Below are positions 1 through 8,946 of a DNA stretch of 64,000 nt, in pieces. A model generated the notes under the pieces. It did no database searches. It was not told where the DNA came from and saw nothing but the letters and a program-made list of their open reading frames with translations. Each line of letters begins with the position of its first letter. Positions within the stretch are counted from its first letter, which is position 1. This stretch comes from a bacterium (lineage in GTDB: Bacteria; Bacteroidota; Bacteroidia; Bacteroidales; F082): assembly GCA_036244975.1 (NCBI GenBank), contig BTTE01000002.1, forward strand, positions 19,576-83,575, in the 5' to 3' direction. The position numbers and the translations under genes are program-made.

Positions 1-789
1 TTTATAAAAAACGGTCAAACTACGCCCGAATATCATCCGTTGTCGCGGCCTGCTCAGTTCGAAGCCGAAGCCGTGGAGAAAGTCATTGGTTTTGCTGCTG
101 AAGCCGGATGTCCGTTTTATATTGTGCACGTCTCGGTTGCCGCATCGCTGGATTTTATCCGTAAAGCACAACAGCGTGGTCAGAAAGTCTATGCCGAGAG
201 CTGCCCGCACTATCTTTTGCTGGACGACAGCCACTACCAGGGCACTTTTGAGCAAACAGCTCCCTTTGTACTGAGTCCGCCGCTGCGGAAAAAAGCCGAC
301 AACCGTGCACTTTGGACAGCCCTGATCGACGGAACCATTCAAAGCATGGGTACTGACCATTGTCCTTTCTCTTTTGAACAGAAAAAAGCCGGACTGCATG
401 ATTTCCGTAAAATTGCCAACGGCGCGGGTAGTGTGGAACACAGACTCACACTGCTTTACACTTACGGCGTTTTACAAAACAAAATCAGCCTGAACCGTTT
501 TGTAGAACTTATCTCTACCCTGCCGGCAAAGATCTTCGGTTTGTATCCGCAAAAAGGGGAACTGACTCCCGGCTCAGACGCCGATTTGGTCATCTGGAAT
601 CCCCAAAAGGAACAGGTTATCTCCGCACAAACCCATCACATGCATTGCGATACGGATATCTACGAGGGTTTTCTGACCAAAGGTGCTGCCGAGTATGTTA
701 TTGCAGGGGGAAAAATTGCCGTTGAGCGAAACCGCTGGAAAGGAAGCAACCTGAAAGGACGGTTTTTGCGGAGGAAGATTTTAACGTAG
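1..789 (+). CDS. dihydropyrimidinase / D-hydantoinase family cyclic amidohydrolase (C-terminal part; 5' end lies outside the window)
   Basis: Frame 1 is open from base 1 into the listed 40..789 ORF. Amidohydrolase-type motifs are present (HVS, GTDHCPF, DADLVIWNP). TAG stop at 787-789. Confidence 0.75.
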   Translation, partial: FIKNGQTTPEYHPLSRPAQFEAEAVEKVIGFAAEAGCPFYIVHVSVAASLDFIRKAQQRGQKVYAESCPHYLLLDDSHYQGTFEQTAPFVLSPPLRKKADNRALWTALIDGTIQSMGTDHCPFSFEQKKAGLHDFRKIANGAGSVEHRLTLLYTYGVLQNKISLNRFVELISTLPAKIFGLYPQKGELTPGSDADLVIWNPQKEQVISAQTHHMHCDTDIYEGFLTKGAAEYVIAGGKIAVERNRWKGSNLKGRFLRRKILT

Positions 790-855
790 TTCTGTCCACA
801 ACATTGCGCACATTTGTAATGAGTGCACACAAGCTCACAAAGCCCAATATCTGAA

Positions 856-1800
856 TTAACCCAAAAGTTCTTTTTCCAATTGAATTGCCTTAGGAAATAA
901 TATATTGTTTTCCAAGTGGATATGCCGGTGTAAATCCTGTTCAAATTCGTCGAGTTTAGCATATAAAGCGCGGTAAGAAGAGCAGGCGTCTTCGGGAGTG
1001 ACATAACCATTGCTCAAACGGTTTATTTCGTCCATGCTTCCGCCAACAGCTACATGCTCGGATTCCAATGCTTTAATCGGATTTTCAACAGAGCCGAAAG
1101 GGGATGGTTCCATTTTGGTATTTTCACGTTTGGCAACAGCCAGTTTCTTAATGTATGGAAAAAGAATGGTTTCTTCTTTTTGTATGTGTGTATCCAGTTC
1201 TCTGGCAATCGTCTCAAACAAACCGGCAATTCTAATTACCTCCGGATGATTTTCGCCATGAACATTTGCTACCTTTCCACTAACATCATAAAGCATCGTT
1301 ACCGATTCTTTTACATACTTGTGATGGATGTTGAGAATATAATCAACAAGAAAGTCCAGGTCCCAACTATTGAAATCCTGTTGCCTGTTTTTAGCCTTAC
1401 TTTCTACTTCGGTAAGCGCTGTTTCCACTTCCTTTTCATTAATACCCTTCTCTTCACAAGCTTCTTTAAGCGATTTAGCACCACCGCAGCAAAAGTCTAA
1501 TCCGTATTTACTGAACACTTCTGCTTTTCTGAAATCTTCCGTTACAAGTTCTCCGATTGTCAAAGGCTTACTTTTGAGCTTCAATTTGCTGATTTTGACT
1601 TCCCAGATTTCAGGACCTTCTTCAAGATACTCCCAATCAAAGACTTGTCCTCTTTCTGCTACCATTTGATAATAGAGCGGTTTGGGGTCGTGGTCGTTAT
1701 GAATAACAAATGCCTCGCCACCGGATAAGGCATCAAATTTTTGAAAAATCGTAGGATGCTTTAACCTTGGTTCTATTTGTGTTACATCTAATGTTTCCAT
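856..1800 (-). CDS. iron-sulfur cluster repair di-iron protein (RIC/ScdA/YtfE type) fused to an N-terminal DUF2249 domain
   Basis: N-terminal ~75 aa (RLKHPTIFQKFDAL..GEAFVIHNDHDPKPLYYQM...GPEIWEVKI) looks like DUF2249. It is followed by the ScdA_N motif LDFCCGG and a hemerythrin-like His/Glu-rich C-terminus (HHKYV..., HIxxEExILFP, HxHLENNILFP). Confidence 0.8.
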   Translation of the reverse strand: METLDVTQIEPRLKHPTIFQKFDALSGGEAFVIHNDHDPKPLYYQMVAERGQVFDWEYLEEGPEIWEVKISKLKLKSKPLTIGELVTEDFRKAEVFSKYGLDFCCGGAKSLKEACEEKGINEKEVETALTEVESKAKNRQQDFNSWDLDFLVDYILNIHHKYVKESVTMLYDVSGKVANVHGENHPEVIRIAGLFETIARELDTHIQKEETILFPYIKKLAVAKRENTKMEPSPFGSVENPIKALESEHVAVGGSMDEINRLSNGYVTPEDACSSYRALYAKLDEFEQDLHRHIHLENNILFPKAIQLEKELLG

Positions 1801-1846
1801 TTCTGCTTATTTTAAAATTGATGATAATAATTCATATTTCACGAGG

Positions 1847-1854
1847 CAAAAATA
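1847..1854 (-). promoter_or_regulatory. Bacteroidota -7 promoter box (TATTTTTG) upstream of the DUF2249-RIC gene
   Basis: Exact TAnnTTTG on the minus strand, 47 nt upstream of the ATG at 1800. Confidence 0.45.
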
Positions 1855-1912
1855 AGCAATTCTATTAAATAAAAGAGTAAAAAGTCTTTTATTCTGATAA
1901 TTAAATCCATTT

Positions 1913-1996
1913 GTGTGGGAGAAGTAATCGTTATCGGTTTCCAGTTGGGAGGCACACGAAACATTCGTAAGCCCCGAACTTGACGTTTTCCGACCA
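1913..1996 (-). repeat. structured intergenic element, shorter and degenerate copy E3 in the gamma-lyase / RIC spacer
   Basis: The reverse complement of 1962-1990 (GAAAACGTCAAGTTCGGGGCTTACGAATG) matches E2 58382-58410 at 23 of 29 positions. The 3' end also resembles the E2 3' arm. Confidence 0.55.
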
Positions 1997-2030
1997 GGCA
2001 CTACAAAAACAGGGAGTTTTCCTGCTAACA

Positions 2031-3176
2031 CTAACTCAATAATGCAATTGCTTGTTCGATATCATTTTGCAAATCTTCGTAATCTTCAATTCCTACCGAG
2101 AAACGTACCAATCCGTCTGTCAGGCCAATTTTATCGCGTTCCTCTTGAGGAATAGAAGCGTGGGTCATACTGGCCGGATGATCCACAAGCGATTCAACAC
2201 CACCCAAACTTTCAGCCAGTGAAAAATATTTAAACCTGCTAATAAGCTTTTGGGTATCTTCGAAATTAAAATCAAATTCTACCGAAACGATTCCGCTAAA
2301 ACCGCGCATTTGTTGCCTGGCAATATCGTGATGGGGATGTGATTCCAAACCGGGATAATACACTTTTTTTACTTTCGGATGCTTTTCCAGAAAGCGGGCT
2401 AAAGCCAGCGCATTTTTCCCGTGACGCTCCATGCGGACGGCAAGTGTTTTAATCCCGCGGCTACTTAGCCAAACGTCAAATGGACTTGGATTTAAGCCGA
2501 TAGCCATTCGTCCGAAATCTAACTTTTCTTTTATATCGGCATTGTTGGTTATCACTACCCCGCCGATAACATCCGAATGACCGCCAATGAATTTTGTGGT
2601 ACTATGTAAAACCATGTCGGCGCCCAGATTTAACGGGTTTTGAAAATAAGGCGTGGCAAAAGTATTGTCCACAACACTCAGGACGCCATATTTTCTCGCC
2701 AAAGTTGTAATAGCTTTTATGTCTGAAATTTTTAGCAGAGGATTAGTAGGCGTTTCCAAAAATATAAGGCCGGGTTTTTCTTTTAGTGCGGCTTCTGCTT
2801 CTTTAAGATTTTGCGTATTTATGGATTTGAAAAGAATGCCATAATTTATGAAAATACGGTTTATCAAACGATATGATCCTCCGTACATATCGGCAGTACC
2901 TACAATGGTATCGCCGGCTTTCAGCATGGACAAAATCCCGCTCAGGCCACCTAAACCCGATGAAAAAATGGTGGCGAATTTCCCGTTTTCGAGAGCTGCC
3001 AATGTAGCTTCAATATTGGTGAAATTAGGATTTCCGGCACGCGTGTAATCGTAGCCTTTATGTTGAGCCGGAGCTTCCTGCACATAAGTTGAGGTCATAT
3101 AAATCGGTGGAATTATGGCACCTGTTTCTTTATCCGGTTTTTGACCTGTGTGGATTGCTTTTGTTGAAAATTTCAT
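2031..3176 (-). CDS. cystathionine gamma-lyase / gamma-synthase family PLP enzyme (Cys/Met metabolism)
   Basis: 381 aa. N-terminus KAIHTGQ...IPPIYMTSTY and PLP-lysine motif STTKFIGGHSD are typical of the trans-sulfuration family. Confidence 0.85.
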   Translation of the reverse strand: MKFSTKAIHTGQKPDKETGAIIPPIYMTSTYVQEAPAQHKGYDYTRAGNPNFTNIEATLAALENGKFATIFSSGLGGLSGILSMLKAGDTIVGTADMYGGSYRLINRIFINYGILFKSINTQNLKEAEAALKEKPGLIFLETPTNPLLKISDIKAITTLARKYGVLSVVDNTFATPYFQNPLNLGADMVLHSTTKFIGGHSDVIGGVVITNNADIKEKLDFGRMAIGLNPSPFDVWLSSRGIKTLAVRMERHGKNALALARFLEKHPKVKKVYYPGLESHPHHDIARQQMRGFSGIVSVEFDFNFEDTQKLISRFKYFSLAESLGGVESLVDHPASMTHASIPQEERDKIGLTDGLVRFSVGIEDYEDLQNDIEQAIALLS

Positions 3177-3192
3177 GCTTTTATTTTTTTAT

Positions 3193-4161
3193 TTAGATTT
3201 TAAATCCGTTTTTGAGCATCCACTCATCGTTGTAAAATTTGCTCAAATATTTAATACCGTTGTCCGGTATAATTGCCACGATTACGGCCGGTTCGGTTAA
3301 TTTGGCTGCAAGTTGCAGGGCAGCCCAAATGTTGGCGCCACCTGTTCCTCCGCCAAGAATTCCTTCTTCATGTGCTAACCGGCGTGCCATGGTAAATGCA
3401 TCCTGATCGGTAAATTGCATCATTTCATCGACAAGGCTGAAATCCATGGCTTTGGCTATGTGGTCTTCGCCTACGCCTTCCACATTATAGATACCAATGG
3501 CATTGGGATTAATTTTTCCGGTTTTAAAATAATCGTAATAAATTGAGCCGACGGGGTCGGGCATAAGTGTAAAAATATCGGGATTTTTTTCTTTCAAAAA
3601 TCGACCCACTCCGCTTATTGTTCCGCCCGTGCTGCCTGCTGCAACATAGTGAGTAACGCGTCCCTGAGTTTGTTCCCAAATTTCCGGGCCGGTACTTTTA
3701 TAATGCGCTTCCGGATTCAACGGGTTATCGTATTGGTTGATACGGAAACTATTAGGTGTTTCGGCAGCAATTCGTTTGGCAGTGTTTATGTAATTTTCGG
3801 GCGAATCGTGCGAAGCGGAAGTAGGTGTAACCACAATTTCTGCTCCAAGTGCTTTCAGGGCGTTTTGTTTTTCCTTACTCACTTTATCGGGCATGGTGAG
3901 AATGGCTTTATAACCGTTTATTGCTGCTATGGTAGCAACGGCAGCTCCGGTATTACCGGAAGTATTTTCTACAATAGTACCACCGGGTTTTAACAACCCT
4001 CTTTTTTCGGCATCTTCAATAATATATTTTACAATACGGTCTTTTACGCTTCCGCTTGGATTAAAAAATTCAAGTTTTGCGTATAGTTCAATGTGCTTAT
4101 AAGGATTGATATTCTCCAATATTACCAGCGGAGTATTTCCTATCGTATCTTTTACATTCAT
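3193..4161 (-). CDS. cysteine synthase / cystathionine beta-synthase family PLP enzyme
   Basis: 322 aa. Motifs NPSGSVKDR (PLP lysine) and GSTGGTISG loop. Lies 16 nt upstream of the gamma-lyase gene on the same strand. Confidence 0.85.
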   Translation of the reverse strand: MNVKDTIGNTPLVILENINPYKHIELYAKLEFFNPSGSVKDRIVKYIIEDAEKRGLLKPGGTIVENTSGNTGAAVATIAAINGYKAILTMPDKVSKEKQNALKALGAEIVVTPTSASHDSPENYINTAKRIAAETPNSFRINQYDNPLNPEAHYKSTGPEIWEQTQGRVTHYVAAGSTGGTISGVGRFLKEKNPDIFTLMPDPVGSIYYDYFKTGKINPNAIGIYNVEGVGEDHIAKAMDFSLVDEMMQFTDQDAFTMARRLAHEEGILGGGTGGANIWAALQLAAKLTEPAVIVAIIPDNGIKYLSKFYNDEWMLKNGFKI

Positions 4162-4281
4162 TTTATTGTGTTTAAAATTCTAAAATATTTGAAACTCTTT
4201 TATAACTAAAACTATTTCCGTTTAATACCACGCTTCGATAATAAAATACCCTGCCGACACGCGATGACATTTTTAGTTTTG

Positions 4282-4289
4282 CAAAAATA
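4282..4289 (-). promoter_or_regulatory. -7 promoter box (TATTTTTG) upstream of the CBS-like / gamma-lyase operon
   Basis: Exact TAnnTTTG on the minus strand, ~120 nt upstream of the ATG at 4161. Confidence 0.45.
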
Positions 4290-4464
4290 GCTATTTGATT
4301 TGGATACAAAAAATTACTCTTTATCCTCTGTTTAAATCAGTGAGACCATGATTTTAAAAGCTGAAGGTGTATTATTGAACTAATCCCGGCACTATATATC
4401 GTAAATATTTATTTCCGGTATTGCAGGTCTCTAAAATAATCCTGAATTCTAAAATCTGGAATCG

Positions 4465-4941
4465 TTAACGGTCAACCGGAAATTGGTCTCTTCGCTCTCT
4501 TTTCTTTTGAAAAAATTCAGTCATCAGGTAACTGCAGGCATCGGCAAGGACACCTTTATTAAGTTGGGTAGTGGGATGCAAAACCGAAGTATGAACAAGC
4601 GAAAAACCGCGTTTTTCGTCATCTGCGCCATACACAATCCGTCCGGTTTGTGCCCAGTAAGCACCGCCGGCACACATAAGACAGGGCTCTACAGTTACGT
4701 ACAAAGTGCAATCGTTCAGGTATTTACTGTTCAAATAATTAGCAGCTGCGGTGAAAGCCTGCATTTCTGCATGGGCTGTTACGTCGTGCAATGTTTCGGT
4801 AAGATTATGGGCGCGCGCCACAATGCTGTTGTTGCACACCACCACAGCCCCCACCGGCACCTCTCCCCTGTCAAAAGCTTTGCGGGCCTCTTTCAGCGCT
4901 TCGTTCATAAAATATTCGTCAGAGAAAATGGTAAATCCCAT
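4465..4941 (-). CDS. tadA: tRNA adenosine(34) deaminase
   Basis: 158 aa. CDA zinc motifs HAEMQAF and VEPCLMCAGG. N-terminus DEYFMNEALKEA is typical of TadA. Confidence 0.9.
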   Translation of the reverse strand: MGFTIFSDEYFMNEALKEARKAFDRGEVPVGAVVVCNNSIVARAHNLTETLHDVTAHAEMQAFTAAANYLNSKYLNDCTLYVTVEPCLMCAGGAYWAQTGRIVYGADDEKRGFSLVHTSVLHPTTQLNKGVLADACSYLMTEFFQKKRERRDQFPVDR

Positions 4942-4981
4942 GGCTTTTTTCTTTTACCGGTCAAAGGTAGGAAAAGCCAGG

Positions 4982-5035
4982 GAATGATGAATGACAGAAT
5001 GATGAATGACAGAATGACGAATGACGAATGATGAA
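4982..5035. repeat. short-word repeat tract (GAATGA[C/T] units)
   Basis: GAATGATGAATGACA occurs twice, followed by GAATGACGAATGACGAATGATGAAC. 5017-5028 is an exact inverted match to 15420-15431. Confidence 0.8.
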
Positions 5036-5244
5036 CAGGCCTGATTAATTGAAACTTTTTCTGTCAAACATTCATTATTTCTTCCGGGCAGGAATGAGAG
5101 AGGATAGCCCGCAGTGCCAAAGCGGATTGTGGAAGCTTGCGGAGGTGGGACGACCTAAAATACAACAGCCGCCATCGTTGTGGCGTGAGGGCTATAAACG
5201 GACAACCTCTGGCTGCAACAACCTGTTTTCTAAAAAAGTTTCTC

Positions 5245-5252
5245 TAAGTTTG
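5245..5252 (+). promoter_or_regulatory. -7 promoter box (TAAGTTTG) upstream of the DPP-IV gene
   Basis: Exact TAnnTTTG, 38 nt upstream of the ATG at 5290. Confidence 0.45.
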
Positions 5253-5289
5253 CTCCTTCAATCTAACTAATATCTAAAATCAATAAAAC

Positions 5290-7428
5290 ATGAAGAGATT
5301 TATTTATCTGGTGGTAATTTTTGTTTTCTCCACACTCTTTACATTACAGGCACAGCAAAAAATGATGACGGCAACGGATGCCTCCCGGCTGAATCCGGCA
5401 CTGTTTCCCAAACGCGTACCACAACTGCAATGGATGGGAAAAACCGACAATTATGTGTTTGCCAGGAAAGATACGTTTTATAAAAAGGATGCTGCCCGCG
5501 GAAAAGCAGGCGAACTTTTCGACAAAACTACGCTGAACACCGACCTCCTGCAGGCAGGTATGGACACGATAAAACGACTTCCTCGGTTTACTTTTTTTTC
5601 TGAACATAAAACCCGCTTTTCGCGTGATGATGGTTTTTATATTTATGATTTTCAACAACATATCATTAAGAAAGTAAATCAGGTTCCGGATACGGCGAAA
5701 AATGTTTCGTTCGATGCCAAAACCAACCTTGCTGCTTTTACACTGAAAAACAACCTGTACCTTGCCCAAGACGGAAAAGTAATACCTGTTACCCACGACA
5801 AAAATCCGGATTATGTGAACGGTCAGATTGTTTCACGCAACGAATTTGGTATCGATAAAGGTATTTTCTGGTCGCCAAACGGCGATAAACTGGCTTTTTA
5901 TCACAAGGACCAGTCACGGGTATTCAATTATCCATTGGTGGACATTAACCATCGCATTGCTGAAGTAAAAAACATAAAGTACCCCATGGCCGGAACCCCC
6001 AGCGAGTATGTCAGCCTTGGCGTTTACAATCTGAAAACAGGTAAAACAATTTTTCTGAAAACTAATCCCAAATCGGAGCAGTACCTCACCGCTGTTACCT
6101 GGGGGCCTGCCGGAAAATATATCTACATTGCTGTCCTGAACCGCGGGCAAAATCACATGTGGATGAACAAATACGATGCTTCCACCGGTACACTGGTGAA
6201 GACATTGTTCGAAGAGACCAATCCTAAATATGTGGAGCCGCTGTTCCCGTTGTATTTCAATCCGTTCAACCCGGATGAGTTTATCTGGAACAGCCGCCGC
6301 GATGGCTGGAACCATCTTTACCTATACAACACCGACGGCAAATTACTGAAACAGCTTACCAAAGGAAAATGGGAAGTAACGCATGTGCTGGGCTATTTCA
6401 TGAAAAACAAAGTCTATTTTGTAGCCACCAAAGAGAGTCCGCTGCAACAGAATCTGTATTCGGTGAACATGCGCAACGGAAAGGTCGTACGGCTGAGTCC
6501 CGACCACGGAACACACCGTGCCATGGTGAGCAAAGATGGAAGATATTTGCTCGATGTTTTCAGTAGTACGGACGTTAGCCGTGATTATAAACTGCTGAAC
6601 TACCGCGGAAAGGTGGTGCGAATCATTCAGCAGGACAAAGATCCGCTGGCCGGTTACCAGCTGGGAAAAATGTCCATCTTCACATTGAAATCGAAAATTG
6701 ATGGTGCAAATCTTTATTACCGTATGATAAAACCTGTGAATTTTGACAGCACCAAAAAATACCCGGTGATTGTATATGTTTACGGTGGTCCGCATGTTCA
6801 GCTAATTACCGACACATGGCTAGGAGGCGCTGGATTTATGTTGAATTATCTTGCTGAAAACGGGTATCTTATTTTTACACTGGACAACCACGGTTCCGAA
6901 AACCGGGGTCGTGATTTTGAACAGGTTATCTTCCGGCATCTCGGAACCAACGAAATAAAAGACCAAATGACGGGCGTTAATTATCTGAAATCGTTGCCTT
7001 ATGTGGATTCTACCCGCTTGGGTGTTGATGGCTGGAGTTTCGGTGGTTTTATGACCACTTCGCTGATGTTACGTGAGCCGGGAGTTTTTAAAGTAGCTGT
7101 TGCCGGTGGTCCGGTCATCGACTGGAAATATTACGAAGTGATGTACGGCGAGCGATACATGGATACGCCGCAGGAAAATCCGGAAGGTTACAAAGAAGCC
7201 AGCCTGTTGAATTATGTGCACAACCTGCAGGGACATTTGCTCCTGATTCACGGAACCATGGATCCGGTGGTGGTTTGGCAGAACAGTTTGCTGTTTTTGC
7301 AAAAAGCCATTCACGAAGACAAACTGATAGATTATTTTGTTTATCCCGGGCACGAACATGGAGTTACCGGGAGAGACCGTTTGCAGCTTACGCGAAAAAT
7401 TAAGTCTTATTTCGATGATTGGTTGTAG
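5290..7428 (+). CDS. dipeptidyl-peptidase IV (S9B prolyl oligopeptidase family), secreted
   Basis: 712 aa. Signal peptide ending LQA-QQ, a DPP-IV N-terminal propeller-like region, and a catalytic serine motif GWSFGG with a C-terminal Asp/His region (GTMDP...GHEHG). Confidence 0.9.
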   Translation: MKRFIYLVVIFVFSTLFTLQAQQKMMTATDASRLNPALFPKRVPQLQWMGKTDNYVFARKDTFYKKDAARGKAGELFDKTTLNTDLLQAGMDTIKRLPRFTFFSEHKTRFSRDDGFYIYDFQQHIIKKVNQVPDTAKNVSFDAKTNLAAFTLKNNLYLAQDGKVIPVTHDKNPDYVNGQIVSRNEFGIDKGIFWSPNGDKLAFYHKDQSRVFNYPLVDINHRIAEVKNIKYPMAGTPSEYVSLGVYNLKTGKTIFLKTNPKSEQYLTAVTWGPAGKYIYIAVLNRGQNHMWMNKYDASTGTLVKTLFEETNPKYVEPLFPLYFNPFNPDEFIWNSRRDGWNHLYLYNTDGKLLKQLTKGKWEVTHVLGYFMKNKVYFVATKESPLQQNLYSVNMRNGKVVRLSPDHGTHRAMVSKDGRYLLDVFSSTDVSRDYKLLNYRGKVVRIIQQDKDPLAGYQLGKMSIFTLKSKIDGANLYYRMIKPVNFDSTKKYPVIVYVYGGPHVQLITDTWLGGAGFMLNYLAENGYLIFTLDNHGSENRGRDFEQVIFRHLGTNEIKDQMTGVNYLKSLPYVDSTRLGVDGWSFGGFMTTSLMLREPGVFKVAVAGGPVIDWKYYEVMYGERYMDTPQENPEGYKEASLLNYVHNLQGHLLLIHGTMDPVVVWQNSLLFLQKAIHEDKLIDYFVYPGHEHGVTGRDRLQLTRKIKSYFDDWL

Positions 7429-7439
7429 CAATACCAAAA

Positions 7440-7473
7440 GAAACGCCTCTCGAAACCGAGAGGCGTTTCTTTT
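7440..7473. terminator. bidirectional intrinsic terminator between convergent DPP-IV and pepA genes
   Basis: Perfect 13-bp stem GAAACGCCTCTCG / CGAGAGGCGTTTC with a 4-nt loop AAAC. Flanked by an A-run upstream and a T-run downstream. Confidence 0.85.
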
Positions 7474-7486
7474 AAACAAATTGATT

Positions 7487-8923
7487 TTACTCAGCCTTTG
7501 ATTTGATAAAATGATAAAACAGGCGTACACCAACACCGGTACCGCCAACAGTGCGATAACCATCTTTTTTATCGAGAAATGCAGGAGCTGCAATGTCAAG
7601 ATGGATATACGGATAGTTGGTAAAATGTTCCAGGAACTTCCCGGCAGTAATAGCGTCGGCTTCCACACCACCAATATTTTTCAGGTCGGCTATTTTTGAT
7701 TTCAGCTGTTCATTGTACTCGTCCCAGAAAGGGAATTCCACAATACGCTCATGGGTCAGCGAGCCGACGCGTTTCATCTGGTCAAAGTCATTATCGGCTT
7801 TGGCTTCCATGCCCACGATAGCCTGTGGACCAATGGCGTGGGCAGCAGCGCCGGTCAAAGTAGCAATATCCACCACCAGCTCGGGTTTGTACTCTTTGGC
7901 ATAGCTCAGCGTATCGGCGAGAATCATGCGGCCTTCGGCATCCGTATTCAGCACCTCAACGGTAGTGCCGTCGTGCATGGTAATCACATCGCCAGGTGTA
8001 TAAGCGTTTCCATCGGGACGGTTGTCAGTAGCCGGTACCAGTCCGACCACATAAACGGGCAGCCTGGCTTTGGCAATAGCATACATAGCCCCCGCCACGG
8101 CAGCGCCACCGGCCATGTCGCACTTCATGGTTTCCATAGAACCGGAGGGCTTCAGGCTCAGTCCGCCCGTGTCATAAACCACACCCTTGCCAACAAAAAC
8201 GTAAGGTTTTTTATTTTTTGCGTTATTCGGTTTCCATTCGATAATGGTAAAAGTGGGCGGGTCAATACTGCCGCGGTTCACAGCAAGCAAACCACCAAAT
8301 TTCAGGCTTTCCAGCTTCTTTTTGTTAAAGACTTCCACTTTGATATTGGCCTTTTTGCCAAGGGTCTGCATCTCTTCGGCAAATTTCGTGGCATTCAGAA
8401 AAGCTACCGGTTCATTCACAAAATCGCGGGCCACACAAACAGCATCGGTCAGGATACGCAGTTCGTCCAATTCTTCTTCGGTGATGTCATTGTCGTAAAT
8501 ATCCACCTCTTCGAGCGTATTGTCTTTCTTTTTATCCTTTTTTTTGTATTTGTTAAAGACATAATTTCCCAGCATAAGTCCTTCCACAAAAGCCAGCACT
8601 TCATCTTTGGCCGCATTTATGTTAAGCACGACGGTCCGTTCGACCCGGGCTTTATTTAGTAACTGTTGGGTTTCGTCCCCACGCATACGGTAAGTCTCCA
8701 TCCGTCCGGAACGGGTACCAATAAACTCACCGAAAACGACTATGAGCATATTTTTATAGCGGTTAACACCCACAACGTTGTGGTTATTACGGTGTTGTCT
8801 TTTTACATAATTTATTTCATCATTTGTCAAATCGAGATTAGCCAGGTCTTTACCATCTTTCACGAGAAAAACGGTGTCGGCAGCGGTTGGCTTACGCAAT
8901 GCCTTTCTAAGTAATGTATTCAT
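7487..8923 (-). CDS. pepA: leucyl aminopeptidase (M17)
   Basis: 478 aa. M17 signature NTDAEGR and metal-ligand context VGKGVVYDTGG and MKCDMAGGA. Confidence 0.9.
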   Translation of the reverse strand: MNTLLRKALRKPTAADTVFLVKDGKDLANLDLTNDEINYVKRQHRNNHNVVGVNRYKNMLIVVFGEFIGTRSGRMETYRMRGDETQQLLNKARVERTVVLNINAAKDEVLAFVEGLMLGNYVFNKYKKKDKKKDNTLEEVDIYDNDITEEELDELRILTDAVCVARDFVNEPVAFLNATKFAEEMQTLGKKANIKVEVFNKKKLESLKFGGLLAVNRGSIDPPTFTIIEWKPNNAKNKKPYVFVGKGVVYDTGGLSLKPSGSMETMKCDMAGGAAVAGAMYAIAKARLPVYVVGLVPATDNRPDGNAYTPGDVITMHDGTTVEVLNTDAEGRMILADTLSYAKEYKPELVVDIATLTGAAAHAIGPQAIVGMEAKADNDFDQMKRVGSLTHERIVEFPFWDEYNEQLKSKIADLKNIGGVEADAITAGKFLEHFTNYPYIHLDIAAPAFLDKKDGYRTVGGTGVGVRLFYHFIKSKAE

Positions 8924-8946
8924 GATTTATTGTTTTTGGTTGATAA

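Noticed and set aside
5049-5270. 73-aa ORF in the tadA / DPP-IV spacer
   Set aside because: The translation is Arg/Gly/Cys-rich with no family resemblance. It overlaps the GC-rich hairpin cluster and the DPP-IV promoter box. It is better treated as non-coding structured DNA.
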